From contig CAVVYR010000006.1 of the NCBI GenBank assembly GCA_963752475.1, forward strand, positions 384,001 through 448,000: DNA of 64,000 bases. The letters are read 5' to 3'. The DNA is from an uncultured Chloroflexia bacterium. GTDB taxonomy: Bacteria > Chloroflexota > Limnocylindria > Limnocylindrales > CSP1-4. The notes beneath the pieces are model-generated. The model was not told where the DNA came from. It searched no databases and was given only the letters and a program-made list of their open reading frames with translations. A program made the translations under genes and the position numbers. This document shows positions 9,361 to 19,314 of the stretch, piece by piece (positions within the stretch are counted from its first letter, which is position 1; each line of letters starts with the position of its first letter).

Positions 9361-10512
9361 TCAGTCGGTCGCGATAAGCTGGGCCACGACCTCGTTGAAG
9401 AGCGCGGGCCAGCCGAGATAGTCGAGCGAGCCGTACGTCCGCCCGAAGCGCGCGATGACGATGTCAGAGACCGGGTCGACGTAGATGAACTGACCGTGGT
9501 TGCCGATGGCGCTGAAGGCATCGCTGTCGGGCAAAGTCCACCAGAAGGCCTGGAGCTCCTCGGCCGGATCGTCCGTCGCGTCCACGGCTGTGGCCCACTC
9601 GACCCACTCGGCCGGCCCGACCTGCTCGCCGTTCAGGCGACCCTCATCGGCGAAGAGGAGCCCGAGCTTCATGAGGTCGACCGCACGGCCGTTGATGCCG
9701 CTCTCCATCTTCTCGAAGCCGGATTCCTCGCTGTCCAGGCTCCACGAGCCCTCGGCCTCGGCGCCGAACGGCTGCCACAGGCGGGACTCGAGGTAGGTGG
9801 CAACCGGCATCCCGGTCGCGCGATCGAGGATCATCCCGATGAGCAGCGGGTTGTAGTTGTTGTAGAGGAAGGTCTGGCCCGGTGGCTCAACGATCTCCGC
9901 GCTCAATGCCGACGCGCGCAGGTCCGGTGCGTAGTACGTCGCAGCTTGGTCGCCCCACGGCGGGAACTCTTCGTAGCGCAGGCCGGAGCTCATGTGGATG
10001 AGGTCGGCGATGGTGATCTCGGCGAAGCGTTCGTCACGCTCGAGCAGCTCAGGGATGTGCTCGGTCACCGCGTCGTCGAGTGAGAGCAGCCCTTCGTCGT
10101 CGGCGATACCTACGAGGGTCGATGCGAACGACTTGGCCGTGGAGAACGAGGTCTGGATCGACTCGCGGACGGCATCGCCGAAGTACTCCTCCAAGATGAG
10201 CCTGCCGTCGCGGGCGACTAGGAAGGCCTCGGTGTCATTCTCTGCGAGGAACTCCAGCAGCGGGGTGCCTTCGATCTCGATAGACATGACCGCAGCATCA
10301 GGCTGCTCCGGAGGAGACAGCTCGAGGGGTTCGTCGGCCGGGGCCAGCGTCCGCATCGGGAAGCGCTGCCAGTCGTCGGTGTCGGCTTCGAGCCAGGCGA
10401 TGACGCGCGCGGTCTGGGAGGTGTCCGTGTTCGCCTGCGCCCAGGCATAGACGCCGACGACCGCCGGGGCGATGACGAGGACGACGAGCCCGAGGGCCTT
10501 CAGCCAGCGCAT
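9361..10512 (-). CDS. Serine hydrolase, beta-lactamase class C/NylB-like, with N-terminal signal anchor
   Basis: SxxK (FSTAKS), YNN, GNHGQFIY. Confidence 0.9.
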   Translation of the reverse strand: MRWLKALGLVVLVIAPAVVGVYAWAQANTDTSQTARVIAWLEADTDDWQRFPMRTLAPADEPLELSPPEQPDAAVMSIEIEGTPLLEFLAENDTEAFLVARDGRLILEEYFGDAVRESIQTSFSTAKSFASTLVGIADDEGLLSLDDAVTEHIPELLERDERFAEITIADLIHMSSGLRYEEFPPWGDQAATYYAPDLRASALSAEIVEPPGQTFLYNNYNPLLIGMILDRATGMPVATYLESRLWQPFGAEAEGSWSLDSEESGFEKMESGINGRAVDLMKLGLLFADEGRLNGEQVGPAEWVEWATAVDATDDPAEELQAFWWTLPDSDAFSAIGNHGQFIYVDPVSDIVIARFGRTYGSLDYLGWPALFNEVVAQLIATD

Positions 10513-10722
10513 GGTGCGTGGAGCCTAGCTCGGTGCCGCCACCTAGCGGACGACGATGTTGACCAGCCGTCCACTGACGCGGATGACCTTGACCACGGTC
10601 TTGCCCTCGAGGTTGGCTCGCACCTTGGGCTGGGCGATGACGATCGCTTCGATCTCGTCCTGCGGCAGGCCAGGGGCGACCTGCACCTTGTCGCGCAGCT
10701 TGCCGTTGACCTGCACTGGGAG
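10385..10722. repeat. Left island-boundary repeat (leuS 3' end + hydrolase 5' end)
   Basis: Diverged direct repeat of 55075..55411. Confidence 0.9.
10543..10722 (-). pseudogene. leuS: Orphan 3' fragment of leuS (~59 codons)
   Basis: [59 protein letters not shown] matches the C-terminus of the intact LeuS. Confidence 0.9.
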
Positions 10723-10763
10723 GCCAACCCATCACGCAAGCGGTCGGTCAGGTGACCAGATGT

Positions 10764-11609
10764 TTACACGCGAGGCTCATGAGGCTGCCGTGGATGAGGT
10801 TCCTGCCGATGCACGGTATCGGCGCGCATCGGCTGGGCCTCCTCTTCCTCCTCCTGCCGATGCACGGTATCGGCGCGCATCGGCTGGGCCTCCTCTTCCT
10901 CCTCCTGCCGATGCACGGTATCGGCGCGCATCGGCTGGGCCTCCTCTTCCTCCTCCTGCCGATGCACGGTATCGGCGCGCATCGGCTGGGCCTCCTCTTC
11001 CTCCTCCTGCCGATGCACGGTATCGGCGCGCATCGGCTGGGCCTCCTCTTCCTCCTCCTGCCGATGCACGGCACTCGTGCCGAGCCCGGACCCTGCTGCA
11101 CCTGCGTGGCTGGCCGAGTGAGCTGCCTGTGCTGCTTGCTGCTCGGCCGGGCTGTTGGGAGAGCTGACCCGTGTGGGGCGGGTCGTCCCGGACTCGGCAT
11201 GCTGCCTGACGTGCGTGAGTTCATGGCGCAGCATCGCCTGGCCCTCGGCTGAGCCCAGATGAGGGGCGTTGCCGGCCAGGAAGATATCTCGTCCGTAGGT
11301 GAAGGCGACCGCACCCAGCTCGCGACTCAACTGGGCCGCGGTGCCGTCGTCGTGGATACGCACATCTGCGCCGGCACTCGTAGACCGCGCTGTTCCCGCT
11401 GCCTCCGCGAGTGGTTTCCCGCTACCCAGCTCATTCTCGATCGTGTCGCTGGTCCTTGGGTCCAACAACTGACCCATGCCAGAGTTGCCGACCGTGCCTC
11501 GGACATCATCTACGGGCTCGTGATCCGCGCTCGTGCCGGGGTGTCGCTCCTGACGGGCCCTGTTGACGTGGTGCGGATCCGCGGCCATCCGCTCTCGGTC
11601 GTACGACAT
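10764..11609 (-). CDS. DUF4157 (eCIS core, HExxH) protein with acidic repeats and no toxin domain
   Basis: VRIHDD...AVAFTYGRDIF...HELTHVRQ...EQQA; then (V)HRQEEEEEAQPMRADT repeats. Confidence 0.85.
   Translation of the reverse strand: MSYDRERMAADPHHVNRARQERHPGTSADHEPVDDVRGTVGNSGMGQLLDPRTSDTIENELGSGKPLAEAAGTARSTSAGADVRIHDDGTAAQLSRELGAVAFTYGRDIFLAGNAPHLGSAEGQAMLRHELTHVRQHAESGTTRPTRVSSPNSPAEQQAAQAAHSASHAGAAGSGLGTSAVHRQEEEEEAQPMRADTVHRQEEEEEAQPMRADTVHRQEEEEEAQPMRADTVHRQEEEEEAQPMRADTVHRQEEEEEAQPMRADTVHRQEPHPRQPHEPRV
10801..11071. repeat. 51-bp coding tandem repeat, ~5.3 copies
   Basis: Identical unit CCTGCCGATGCACGGTATCGGCGCGCATCGGCTGGGCCTCCTCTTCCTCCT. Confidence 0.95.
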
Positions 11610-11723
11610 GGCCCGAGGGTGCGCTCTTCGGCGTGTCTTCGCTAGGTCCCCACAGGCCACGAGTCGTGCACGTCGATGTACCCGAAGGGGCAGATTCCGC
11701 TGGCTCGATATCAGGTGCAACGC

Positions 11724-11741
11724 GGGCACGACACCTTGCCG
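11724..11741. promoter_or_regulatory. GGGCA-N8-TGCCC-like site
   Basis: GGGCACGACACCTTGCCG (1 mismatch) between divergent DUF4157 and regulator genes. Confidence 0.5.
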
Positions 11742-11891
11742 GATCGCCCATCGCCGGCTGGTGCCTTCGGCTTCGTCCGCCGTTGACGCCACGGCTCCCG
11801 TTGCCCAGAAGGGTGGACACGACAGGCCCCACGGACGACAATGTCCGCCTTGCTCAAGCACGCATGAGACGGCGATCGGAAGAGCAGGTCG

Positions 11892-14870
11892 ATGTCACGG
11901 GCAGCTCGCTCTCAGGAAAGGCGGCGGCCGCTTGACGCTGTCAGTCGACGGCTGTCGACACCACGCATCGAACTGATGCCGATCGAGAGGCTCACGGCCC
12001 GTCTCGCTGCGATATGGGAGCACAGGATCGGTATCGTCGTCGCACCACCCGGCAGTGGCAAGACGACGCTGCTGGCCATGTTCGCCGAGCGTGTCGCCGA
12101 TCCTGTGGCCTGGATCCGGTGCGACCGCTGGGATACGACCGAATCGGCGCTGGTCAGGCAGCTGGCGGACGCGCTCGAACCATGGATCGATGGGGCGGGC
12201 GACTGGACGGATGTGGACGATGCCACGGCGGGTCTCATCCGATGGGATCCCCGCCGAGCCCTCATCGTCATCGATGATTTGCACGCACTCGACGGCAGCC
12301 GCGCCGAGATGTGCCTAGAGCAACTGCTGGACCATCTGCCCGATGGGGTCCATCTGCTCGTTGCCTCGCGCACGCAGCCGGCATTCAATCTTTCGCGTCT
12401 CCGCCTGTCAGGCGATCTCCTCGAGATCGGCGCTGACGACCTGCGTCTCCGCACCTGGGAGGTAGAGCGGCTCTTCCGGGACCACTACCGCGAGCCGATG
12501 GCCCCCGAGGAGCTGGCTCGTCTGGCATGGTGGACACACGGCTGGGCGGCGGGACTCCAGCTGTTCCACCTGGCCACACGGGGCCGCCCCGCGGACGAAC
12601 GGCGACGTGTGCTCGGCTCGCTTGGTCCCCGTTCGCGCCTGGCACGCCAGTATCTCGCCCAGAACGCGCTCGACCGCGTACCTGACGCACTCAGATCCTT
12701 CATGGTGCACTCGTCCGTATCCAGCCGTCTGAGTGGTCGCATCTGTGACCGTCTACTTGGCCGGACCGGAAGTGCGCGAGTCCTTGACGAGCTCGAGCGT
12801 CGGAGTCTGTTCACGACCAGGATCGACGAGGCCGGCAACTACCGCTATCACGAGGTCTTCCGCTCACACCTCCAGGGCGTACTCATGAGCGAGGTCGGAG
12901 AAGATGGCGCTCGCGCACGGTTCATCTCGGCGGGCGACATCCTCATGGAGGAGGGGACCGCTGCCGAGGCGCTGGAAGCCTACGTCCGCGCCGAGGCCTG
13001 GGAGGTCGTCGGACGTATCCTCGCCGAGCAGGGGCCGGCGATCGCTGACGAACCGTTCGGCTGGCTCGGCGTGCGCGCCATGGAGCCGCTGGTCGACGAT
13101 CCCTGGTTGGCGCTTGCCGGCGCCCGACGGCTGCGGGCCGAGGGACGCTTCGGAGAAGCTGTGAAGGCCTTCGCGGTTCTGGCGGCCGACGTTCGGCAGA
13201 TCGAGGCTGCTGCCGCGGCGGGTCGGGAACGCGCCGAGCTGCTGACCTGGCTGCAACCAGGGTCCGGCCGTGAGCCAAGGCCGATGACGTTCTGGTGGGC
13301 CGCACTGCGCCGAGCCGTCGCGGGATCCACGATCGACGTCGCAGAAGTGGCCGATCGCGGCATCAACGGGCAGCTGATGGCAGCACTCTGCTCGATCGTG
13401 GATGGCGACCTGGCAGCGGCAGATCGCCGATTGATGGCCCTCGAGAAGGTCGCCGATGCCGAAGGTGTTGCGCCTTGCATCGGGGCCATGGCGCGTGGGG
13501 CCATCGCCCTGCTGGGAGGCGACGAGGAAGGGATCATCGGCATCAACGGCGCCATCGGCGCTGCCGAGGGTCAGGGCTTCGACTGGGTCGCACGTGTGGG
13601 CAGCGCGCTGCTGGCTCTCAGTGGCAGGCTCGACTATCTCCATGAAGCAGCCCGCCTGGAGGACGCGGCTCGCACTCTTGGCGATCCATGGGGTGCGGCA
13701 CTCGCATGCATCGGACGTGCCTGGGGAGCGTTGGTCGCCGCTTGCGGCTCCGGGCCAGTGAGTGAGCAATTCGAGCCTGTGGACCTCGCAGAGTCGGCGA
13801 GGCGGCAGTTCCGGGCACTGGAAGCGCCTGTGCTGGAGGCGTGGTCTGCATCGATCGCCGCCGTTGGCCGAGCCGTCACCGGCATGGACGGTCGAGCCGA
13901 GGCGACGGCTGCCGAGGCGTTCGCGAGCGCCATCGGCGCCCATGTGCCGGGGCTCCTGGCTCGCACCGCACTCGCGCAAGAGCGTGGCGATGGCCACGAG
14001 ACGCGGAGGTTGGTCGGCCAGCTGCAGCGCTGCGGTTGGCGAGTACCGCTGCCCGATGCGTCGACGGTTGCGCTGCCAACCGTCCACGTCGAGCGAGAAG
14101 CCATGGCGGTGAGGTCTGCCGCTGCTGCGCCTGTGCCACCGGCTAGATTGCGTCTGTTCGGCGCCTTCCATCTGGAGATCGGAGGCGAGGCAATCGACAG
14201 CCAGGCTATCCGGTCGCGCGTGCGAGCGTTGCTCTACCTCCTGGCGCTGCATGCCGACAGGCCAGTACATCGCGAAACCATCATGGAGACGTTGTGGCCG
14301 GAGTCTGAGCCGACTGCAGCCGCTAGGAGCCTGTATGTCGCAGTGGCGACCCTGCGTCGTGTCCTCGAACCTACCGCCTCGCGTCGTGGCTTCCGGTTCG
14401 TCCCTCACGAGGGCGACGGCTACCGGCTGGCGCTGCCAGCCGGCTCGCTCGTCGACACGATAGCGTTCGAAGAGGCATCAGCCGCAGCGCATGCCGCCCA
14501 TGATCGTGGACGGCCAGACGACGTCATGCGTTGGTGCCGCGTGGCGCTCGAGCACAATCGCGGCGAACTCATCCCTGAGGCCGGGCCGGCAGATTGGATC
14601 GATGGCCCGCGCGAGTCGTACCGTCTCGAGGCGGTCGAGCTGGCCACGATGCTGGCGGATACCCTCAGTCGGGAGGGGAGCTACCAAGCGGCCGTGACCG
14701 CCTGTCTCCAGGGACTCGATCACGACCGGTTCCACGATCCTCTGTGGCGGATCCTCATCGAAGCGCGCGAAGCCGACGGCGACCCTGCTGCAGCAGACGC
14801 TGCGCGCTCGAGATACCGAAGAGCTCTCGCCGATCTAGGCCTCGTAGCCGCCGAGGGCAGCTCCGCCTAG
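11892..14870 (+). CDS. Large regulator: MalT-like STAND NTPase with C-terminal wHTH-BTAD (SARP-type) module
   Basis: APPGSGKTT, IDDLH, GWAAGLQL, YRYHEVFR; LRLFGAF...RETIMETLWPE...LRRVLEP...GYRL; BTAD-like end. Confidence 0.85.
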   Translation: MSRAARSQERRRPLDAVSRRLSTPRIELMPIERLTARLAAIWEHRIGIVVAPPGSGKTTLLAMFAERVADPVAWIRCDRWDTTESALVRQLADALEPWIDGAGDWTDVDDATAGLIRWDPRRALIVIDDLHALDGSRAEMCLEQLLDHLPDGVHLLVASRTQPAFNLSRLRLSGDLLEIGADDLRLRTWEVERLFRDHYREPMAPEELARLAWWTHGWAAGLQLFHLATRGRPADERRRVLGSLGPRSRLARQYLAQNALDRVPDALRSFMVHSSVSSRLSGRICDRLLGRTGSARVLDELERRSLFTTRIDEAGNYRYHEVFRSHLQGVLMSEVGEDGARARFISAGDILMEEGTAAEALEAYVRAEAWEVVGRILAEQGPAIADEPFGWLGVRAMEPLVDDPWLALAGARRLRAEGRFGEAVKAFAVLAADVRQIEAAAAAGRERAELLTWLQPGSGREPRPMTFWWAALRRAVAGSTIDVAEVADRGINGQLMAALCSIVDGDLAAADRRLMALEKVADAEGVAPCIGAMARGAIALLGGDEEGIIGINGAIGAAEGQGFDWVARVGSALLALSGRLDYLHEAARLEDAARTLGDPWGAALACIGRAWGALVAACGSGPVSEQFEPVDLAESARRQFRALEAPVLEAWSASIAAVGRAVTGMDGRAEATAAEAFASAIGAHVPGLLARTALAQERGDGHETRRLVGQLQRCGWRVPLPDASTVALPTVHVEREAMAVRSAAAAPVPPARLRLFGAFHLEIGGEAIDSQAIRSRVRALLYLLALHADRPVHRETIMETLWPESEPTAAARSLYVAVATLRRVLEPTASRRGFRFVPHEGDGYRLALPAGSLVDTIAFEEASAAAHAAHDRGRPDDVMRWCRVALEHNRGELIPEAGPADWIDGPRESYRLEAVELATMLADTLSREGSYQAAVTACLQGLDHDRFHDPLWRILIEAREADGDPAAADAARSRYRRALADLGLVAAEGSSA

Positions 14871-15919
14871 TCGGCCCCCTCGAAGAACTTGACCTCGCGT
14901 ATGGCGATCTCGTCGTCGCTGTCGGTGCCGCGGTAGCGCGAGAGCACGATCAGCCTCAGTGACTTCACCCCCGGCAGATCGATGTCGACTGGCTGCTGGT
15001 CGGGCGTGTCCCTTAGCTCGTAGACGGAGCTTGTCTCGTCGTTGGCCTTGAGCCGGAACCGGAACGGCCTGCCAAGCCGCTCGTACGCTGCGCCATCAGC
15101 GCCGCTGTCGAAGTTGACCTGGAGCAGGTCGGCCGGCCGTTGGAACTCGAAGTCGACGACCCAACGGTCGTTCCGGTTCCGCGATCCGACCCAGTAGCTG
15201 TTCCCGCTGCCATCGATGAGGTTGGTCGCTGGGAACTCGGGGTGCGCCTGGCCCTGCGCGGCGATGGCTCGGACCTCCTCGGGCCGCAGGAAGCGTCGCT
15301 GCACAGTGCGCACCGTGTCATCCACAGCATCGCTGACGCCGGGCATGTAGAGGTAGGAGGCGATACCGCCGAGGCCGATGACACCCAGGAGTCCAAAGAC
15401 CATCATCGTGGACCCTGGTCGCCAACGCGCACCAGCAGTGAGCATCGTATCCGGTCGCTGGCCGGCCATGTAGGCTTCCTGCCTGCCGCGATGCACAATC
15501 CCCGGAAGCCACGACCGACGGCGCTTCGACTCAGTTGGAGGCGGTGGCGCCTCGGTCGCAGCGTCGTCCATCACTGTGCCGCAGCGGCGGCAGAACTTGC
15601 GGTCACGGTCATTGCCTGTTCCGCAGGCCGCACACACGAACTGGCCCGGTTCCGGCCTCTCCGGAGCGCTCGGCGGCTGTGGCTTGGCCTTGCGCACCGA
15701 GGTCGTCTCGCCCTTCGCCGGCTTGCGCGCCTGGGGTCCGGTCTCAGGAGTCTCGGAGGGCGGCAGGTCGCTTCTCGCCGGGGCCTCGTCCGCCTCGGTT
15801 CCCGTCTGCTCGACGTCCTGCTCCACGTGTGCGCCGCTCCACTCCAGGAAAGCGTCGCACTGGCTGCAGAAGCTGGCACCGGCCCCGTTGAGGGTCCCGC
15901 ACTTCTCACATCGGATCAT
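14867..15919 (-). CDS. Zinc-ribbon/TM/discoidin-like eCIS-associated membrane protein
   Basis: CEKC..CSQC, CAAC..CRRC, TM (VFGLLGVIGLGGIASYLY), NLIDG..SYW...IREVKFF; last gene of the structural operon. Confidence 0.7.
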   Translation of the reverse strand: MIRCEKCGTLNGAGASFCSQCDAFLEWSGAHVEQDVEQTGTEADEAPARSDLPPSETPETGPQARKPAKGETTSVRKAKPQPPSAPERPEPGQFVCAACGTGNDRDRKFCRRCGTVMDDAATEAPPPPTESKRRRSWLPGIVHRGRQEAYMAGQRPDTMLTAGARWRPGSTMMVFGLLGVIGLGGIASYLYMPGVSDAVDDTVRTVQRRFLRPEEVRAIAAQGQAHPEFPATNLIDGSGNSYWVGSRNRNDRWVVDFEFQRPADLLQVNFDSGADGAAYERLGRPFRFRLKANDETSSVYELRDTPDQQPVDIDLPGVKSLRLIVLSRYRGTDSDDEIAIREVKFFEGAD

Positions 15920-16010
15920 GGGCTCGCGTCCACGGTGACCTCCCGGCATCGACAGGCCAGATGGTAGCGCTCCGCTCCATGGCCATCGAGTCAAGTGCCC
16001 GCAGCAGGGT

Positions 16011-16562
16011 CTACTCCCCGCCCACGGCCGTGGCGACACGGACTCGGTGGACGACGTGCGCCGGCTTGGCCGCAGCCACGAGTGCGTCCAATCGCTCCAC
16101 GTCGATCGGGGCGTCGGTGCCGCGCACCCGCACCTCGATCCGGTACCCTGGGCGACCGGGCAAGTCCTCGCCGTTACGGTTCGACCAGGACACGCCACCG
16201 GTCTCGAGGATCTCGACATCGCCGCCGGTGAAGATCCGCACGTGCGCTGACAAGCCCGCCGCTGTGCCGCGGAGCCGGTAGAGCTCAGCGGCATTGGCCA
16301 CGAACTCACGCCTTCGCTCGATGGGCCAGTTCTCGTCGAGTAGCACGCCCACCCAGCCGGCGAGCCAGTCGAGGAAGTCGTCAGGTGTCAGCGAGGGATC
16401 AAGGTAGGCGGGTAGGTTGTCGAGCGCCAGGAACACAGGGACCAGGGTCTCGTCGATAGCCGACAGCCAGCGCCTCGTGAGGTCGTCCTCCTGGTAGAGG
16501 CCGGGCATCCCCTCGATGAGCGGATGAGGACTGCGAATGGCCCCCAGCGTGCCCCTTCTCAT
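16011..16562 (-). CDS. eCIS baseplate wedge / tail protein I (P2 gpI-like)
   Basis: YLDPSLTPDDFLDWLAGWVG, LYRLRGT, KPAHV. Confidence 0.9.
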   Translation of the reverse strand: MRRGTLGAIRSPHPLIEGMPGLYQEDDLTRRWLSAIDETLVPVFLALDNLPAYLDPSLTPDDFLDWLAGWVGVLLDENWPIERRREFVANAAELYRLRGTAAGLSAHVRIFTGGDVEILETGGVSWSNRNGEDLPGRPGYRIEVRVRGTDAPIDVERLDALVAAAKPAHVVHRVRVATAVGGE

Positions 16563-18508
16563 GGGCCCACCGCCACGACTTGGTGCTCGTAGCTGAAGAC
16601 GAGAGCGTGCGGCTCGACCTCGAGGCGGTCCGTCGCCTTGCCGCGTTCACCGGTGATGGGATCCGCACCGAAGACCTTCACCTCTTCCACCAGCTCGACC
16701 CCGCGCACGCGGCCGAGCACGGCGAAGACCTCACCCGCCAGCACCGGCCGACCGAACGGCCAGCCCTCACCGTCAGGTCCACCGAGGGTGGGGTGGAAGT
16801 AGCGGAAGAGGGCCTCGGTGGCGGCGTCCTGGAGCCGCTCTGGATCGAAGAGGCTACGGGCCCGCAGGCGGCCCACGACCGTCACGCCGCGGTAGACCGG
16901 AGGTTCGACGGCGATGCGTGTGCCCAGTAGTCGGCTTTCGTCGAGCCGGCGCGCCACGCGTTGCAGGGTGGCTTCGCTCGGCAACAGCGCGTCGAACCGA
17001 ACCTCGCTCTCAGACGCGATCGAAGGCACGACCAGAACACGCACACCGCCTGCATCAGTGCCATCACCGGCCACGACGCAGTGGACTCGCGCGAGCTCGG
17101 GCGCAGCCTCGCGGGCCAGGTGTTCGAAGTCCTCGGCTGTGACCGCTCGGTCGCGTGTGCGCAGCAGCACCGGTCCCCGGACCTTGGCGTCTTCGATGTC
17201 CTCGCCGTCCACGCCACCGCGGGCCGCTCGGCGGTTCTCGATGCGAGCGACGTAGGGGATCGACGACTTGAGCACGCTGATGGCCCGGGCGGTGACGTTG
17301 CCACGTACTCCACCGCCGGTACGGTACAGGGGCACCCTCACGGTCGAGCCCGCGGCCGGTACGGCACCGTGCTGTTGGATCGCGCCGTCGGCCATGCGCA
17401 CTGCCGGTCCGAATTGGATCTCGGCGCTCACCGCATCGAGCAAGACGTGGCGGTCCTGCGGGCCGCTGCCGGCGAAGCTGTGGGCCTCGGGCTGGGTCCA
17501 TGACTGCCAGCCCTCGTCGGAGGAGACCTCCACCTTGAAGGGCTCGTCGGAGGGGATCACTGGACTGTGCAGGAGTGTGAAGGTGTTGCCGGGCGCGCCA
17601 TCGGCGGTGCCCACGACCTCATTGGCCACACGTTCGGAGTTGCCGGCCGCAACGGTGCCTCCGATGGTGAAGGCACTGATGCTGTGGATTTCCGGGCTCG
17701 CGCTGTAGACGGGCTGGTTCTCGACCGGTGGCACGACACGGGCGCGGACCCAACCGGCGTGCCGGCCGTCGATGACCGAGGCCTCGTGTCCATCCGGCAC
17801 GTGCAAGGTGATGTCGCCGTCGCGGTTGAGCCCGCCGGTACCGTCGCTCTCGACCTCGCAGACCGTCCAGGTCTCGCCGACCCACGCCTCCCACACTAGG
17901 GGAGGGAAGTCGGGATCGACGCCCACGCCCTCGATGCGGCAGGACAGTCGCACGCAGACCGCGCACGAAGGCACGGCCTTGTCGAGCCCGACGTAGAGCG
18001 CGTCGCCGGGTTTGGGCACCTCGTCGAAGCAATAGAAGCTGTTGCCCAGCGCCAGTGCATCGTCATGCGTCCGGTAGCCGTCGTCGCTGACGCTCGACAG
18101 CGCGTGGTCGTACTCGCAGGGCAGGATCTCCAGCTCGCGAGTCGTCTCGAAGACGATGGCCGGATCGTGGGCCGAGCGCGGTGTGGCCACCTGCGTGCCC
18201 GCGGTCACGGATACGGTGTCGGATTGTGGTGCAGAGAGCCAGAAGGTGACCTCCGTCCGTGCTTCCGCCGGCGGGAAGAGCTTCACGCCGATGAGCTCGA
18301 GGAACTTGACGTAGTTGCGCTCCGGCACGCGGTTGAGCCGGTAGAGCAGTTGGTCGGTCATCCACGCGAAGGTCTCGATGAGCGTGACTCCGGGATCTGA
18401 GACGTTGTGGTCCGTCCACTCCGGGCAGCGTTGCTGGACCAGGCGTTTGGCGTCGTCGACCAAGTCCTGGAAGCGGCGATCGTCGAGGTTCGGCGCCTGC
18501 AAGGACAT
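16559..18508 (-). CDS. eCIS baseplate J-like protein (Afp11/12-like)
   Basis: PNLDDRRFQDL, WTDHNVSDPGVTL, RAVTAEDFE, GWPFGR. Confidence 0.93.
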   Translation of the reverse strand: MSLQAPNLDDRRFQDLVDDAKRLVQQRCPEWTDHNVSDPGVTLIETFAWMTDQLLYRLNRVPERNYVKFLELIGVKLFPPAEARTEVTFWLSAPQSDTVSVTAGTQVATPRSAHDPAIVFETTRELEILPCEYDHALSSVSDDGYRTHDDALALGNSFYCFDEVPKPGDALYVGLDKAVPSCAVCVRLSCRIEGVGVDPDFPPLVWEAWVGETWTVCEVESDGTGGLNRDGDITLHVPDGHEASVIDGRHAGWVRARVVPPVENQPVYSASPEIHSISAFTIGGTVAAGNSERVANEVVGTADGAPGNTFTLLHSPVIPSDEPFKVEVSSDEGWQSWTQPEAHSFAGSGPQDRHVLLDAVSAEIQFGPAVRMADGAIQQHGAVPAAGSTVRVPLYRTGGGVRGNVTARAISVLKSSIPYVARIENRRAARGGVDGEDIEDAKVRGPVLLRTRDRAVTAEDFEHLAREAAPELARVHCVVAGDGTDAGGVRVLVVPSIASESEVRFDALLPSEATLQRVARRLDESRLLGTRIAVEPPVYRGVTVVGRLRARSLFDPERLQDAATEALFRYFHPTLGGPDGEGWPFGRPVLAGEVFAVLGRVRGVELVEEVKVFGADPITGERGKATDRLEVEPHALVFSYEHQVVAVGP

Positions 18509-18509
18509 C

Positions 18510-18914
18510 TCAATCCTCCTCGGGGATCACGTAGAACGGGAAGACCAGGTTGCGGGGATCATTGCTGGCCTTGATCGAGTAGCGGATGTCGATGTAGAGC
18601 AGGCTGTGGTCGACATCGTCGATGGTCACGTCCACGTCCTGCACGTCGACACGCGGCTCCCAGCGCTTGAGCGAGCGGCGCACCTCGAAGCCCATCTGGG
18701 CAGCAGTGCTGGCGTCGGCTCCGGCATACACGAAGTCGTGGATGGCACAGCCGAACTCCGGGCGCATCGGCCGCTCGCCGTAGGCGGTGCCGAGGATGAG
18801 ACGGATGGATTCCTCGACCTCGCGCTCCTGTCCCACCAGGGCGATGTCCCCGCTCGCGCCGGCACGCAGGGGGAAGGCCCACCCGCGGCCGACGAACTCA
18901 CGTGCGTTGGTCAT
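18510..18914 (-). CDS. GPW/gp25 baseplate protein (Afp9-like)
   Basis: GRGWAFP, GERPMRPEFGC, WEPRV, NLVFPFY. Confidence 0.93.
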   Translation of the reverse strand: MTNAREFVGRGWAFPLRAGASGDIALVGQEREVEESIRLILGTAYGERPMRPEFGCAIHDFVYAGADASTAAQMGFEVRRSLKRWEPRVDVQDVDVTIDDVDHSLLYIDIRYSIKASNDPRNLVFPFYVIPEED

Positions 18915-18917
18915 GAC

Positions 18918-19304
18918 CTAGCCCACCAGTACCGTGGATTGGCTCGGCACGAGCGCACCCGGTGTCGCGCAGCAGGTGACCCTGGCCGATGTGTTGACCG
19001 CCGGTTTGCCCCCGAAGAGCACCGTGGGCGATCCACTGACGACACGGCCGACCTGCATCGGCGGGGCCATGAACGGGTCGCTCGCATGCAACCCGACGTG
19101 GGGTGGGGTGTTCATGCCCGACGAGCCGACCACTGCGGTCGGTTTGCCGCCGATGAGCACAGTCGTCTCGAGGCCCTGGAGCAATGGCGCGGAGAAGGGC
19201 ATGGGCGGGGCCGGTTGCGGCACGCCGCTGGCGGGGTTGGGGATCTGGTGGATGGCGCAGGTGCCGGTGATACGGTCGCTCATGACGATGGCGGGTGATC
19301 CCAT
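18918..19304 (-). CDS. PAAR-like spike tip
   Basis: TVLIGGKPTA, TVLFGGKPAV, Cys/His ligands; follows VgrG. Confidence 0.85.
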   Translation of the reverse strand: MGSPAIVMSDRITGTCAIHQIPNPASGVPQPAPPMPFSAPLLQGLETTVLIGGKPTAVVGSSGMNTPPHVGLHASDPFMAPPMQVGRVVSGSPTVLFGGKPAVNTSARVTCCATPGALVPSQSTVLVG

Positions 19305-19314
19305 GGCCGGCTCC

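Noticed and set aside
10801-11071. 51-bp repeats as a CRISPR array
   Set aside because: Units are contiguous and identical with no spacers, in frame within a CDS; no cas genes.
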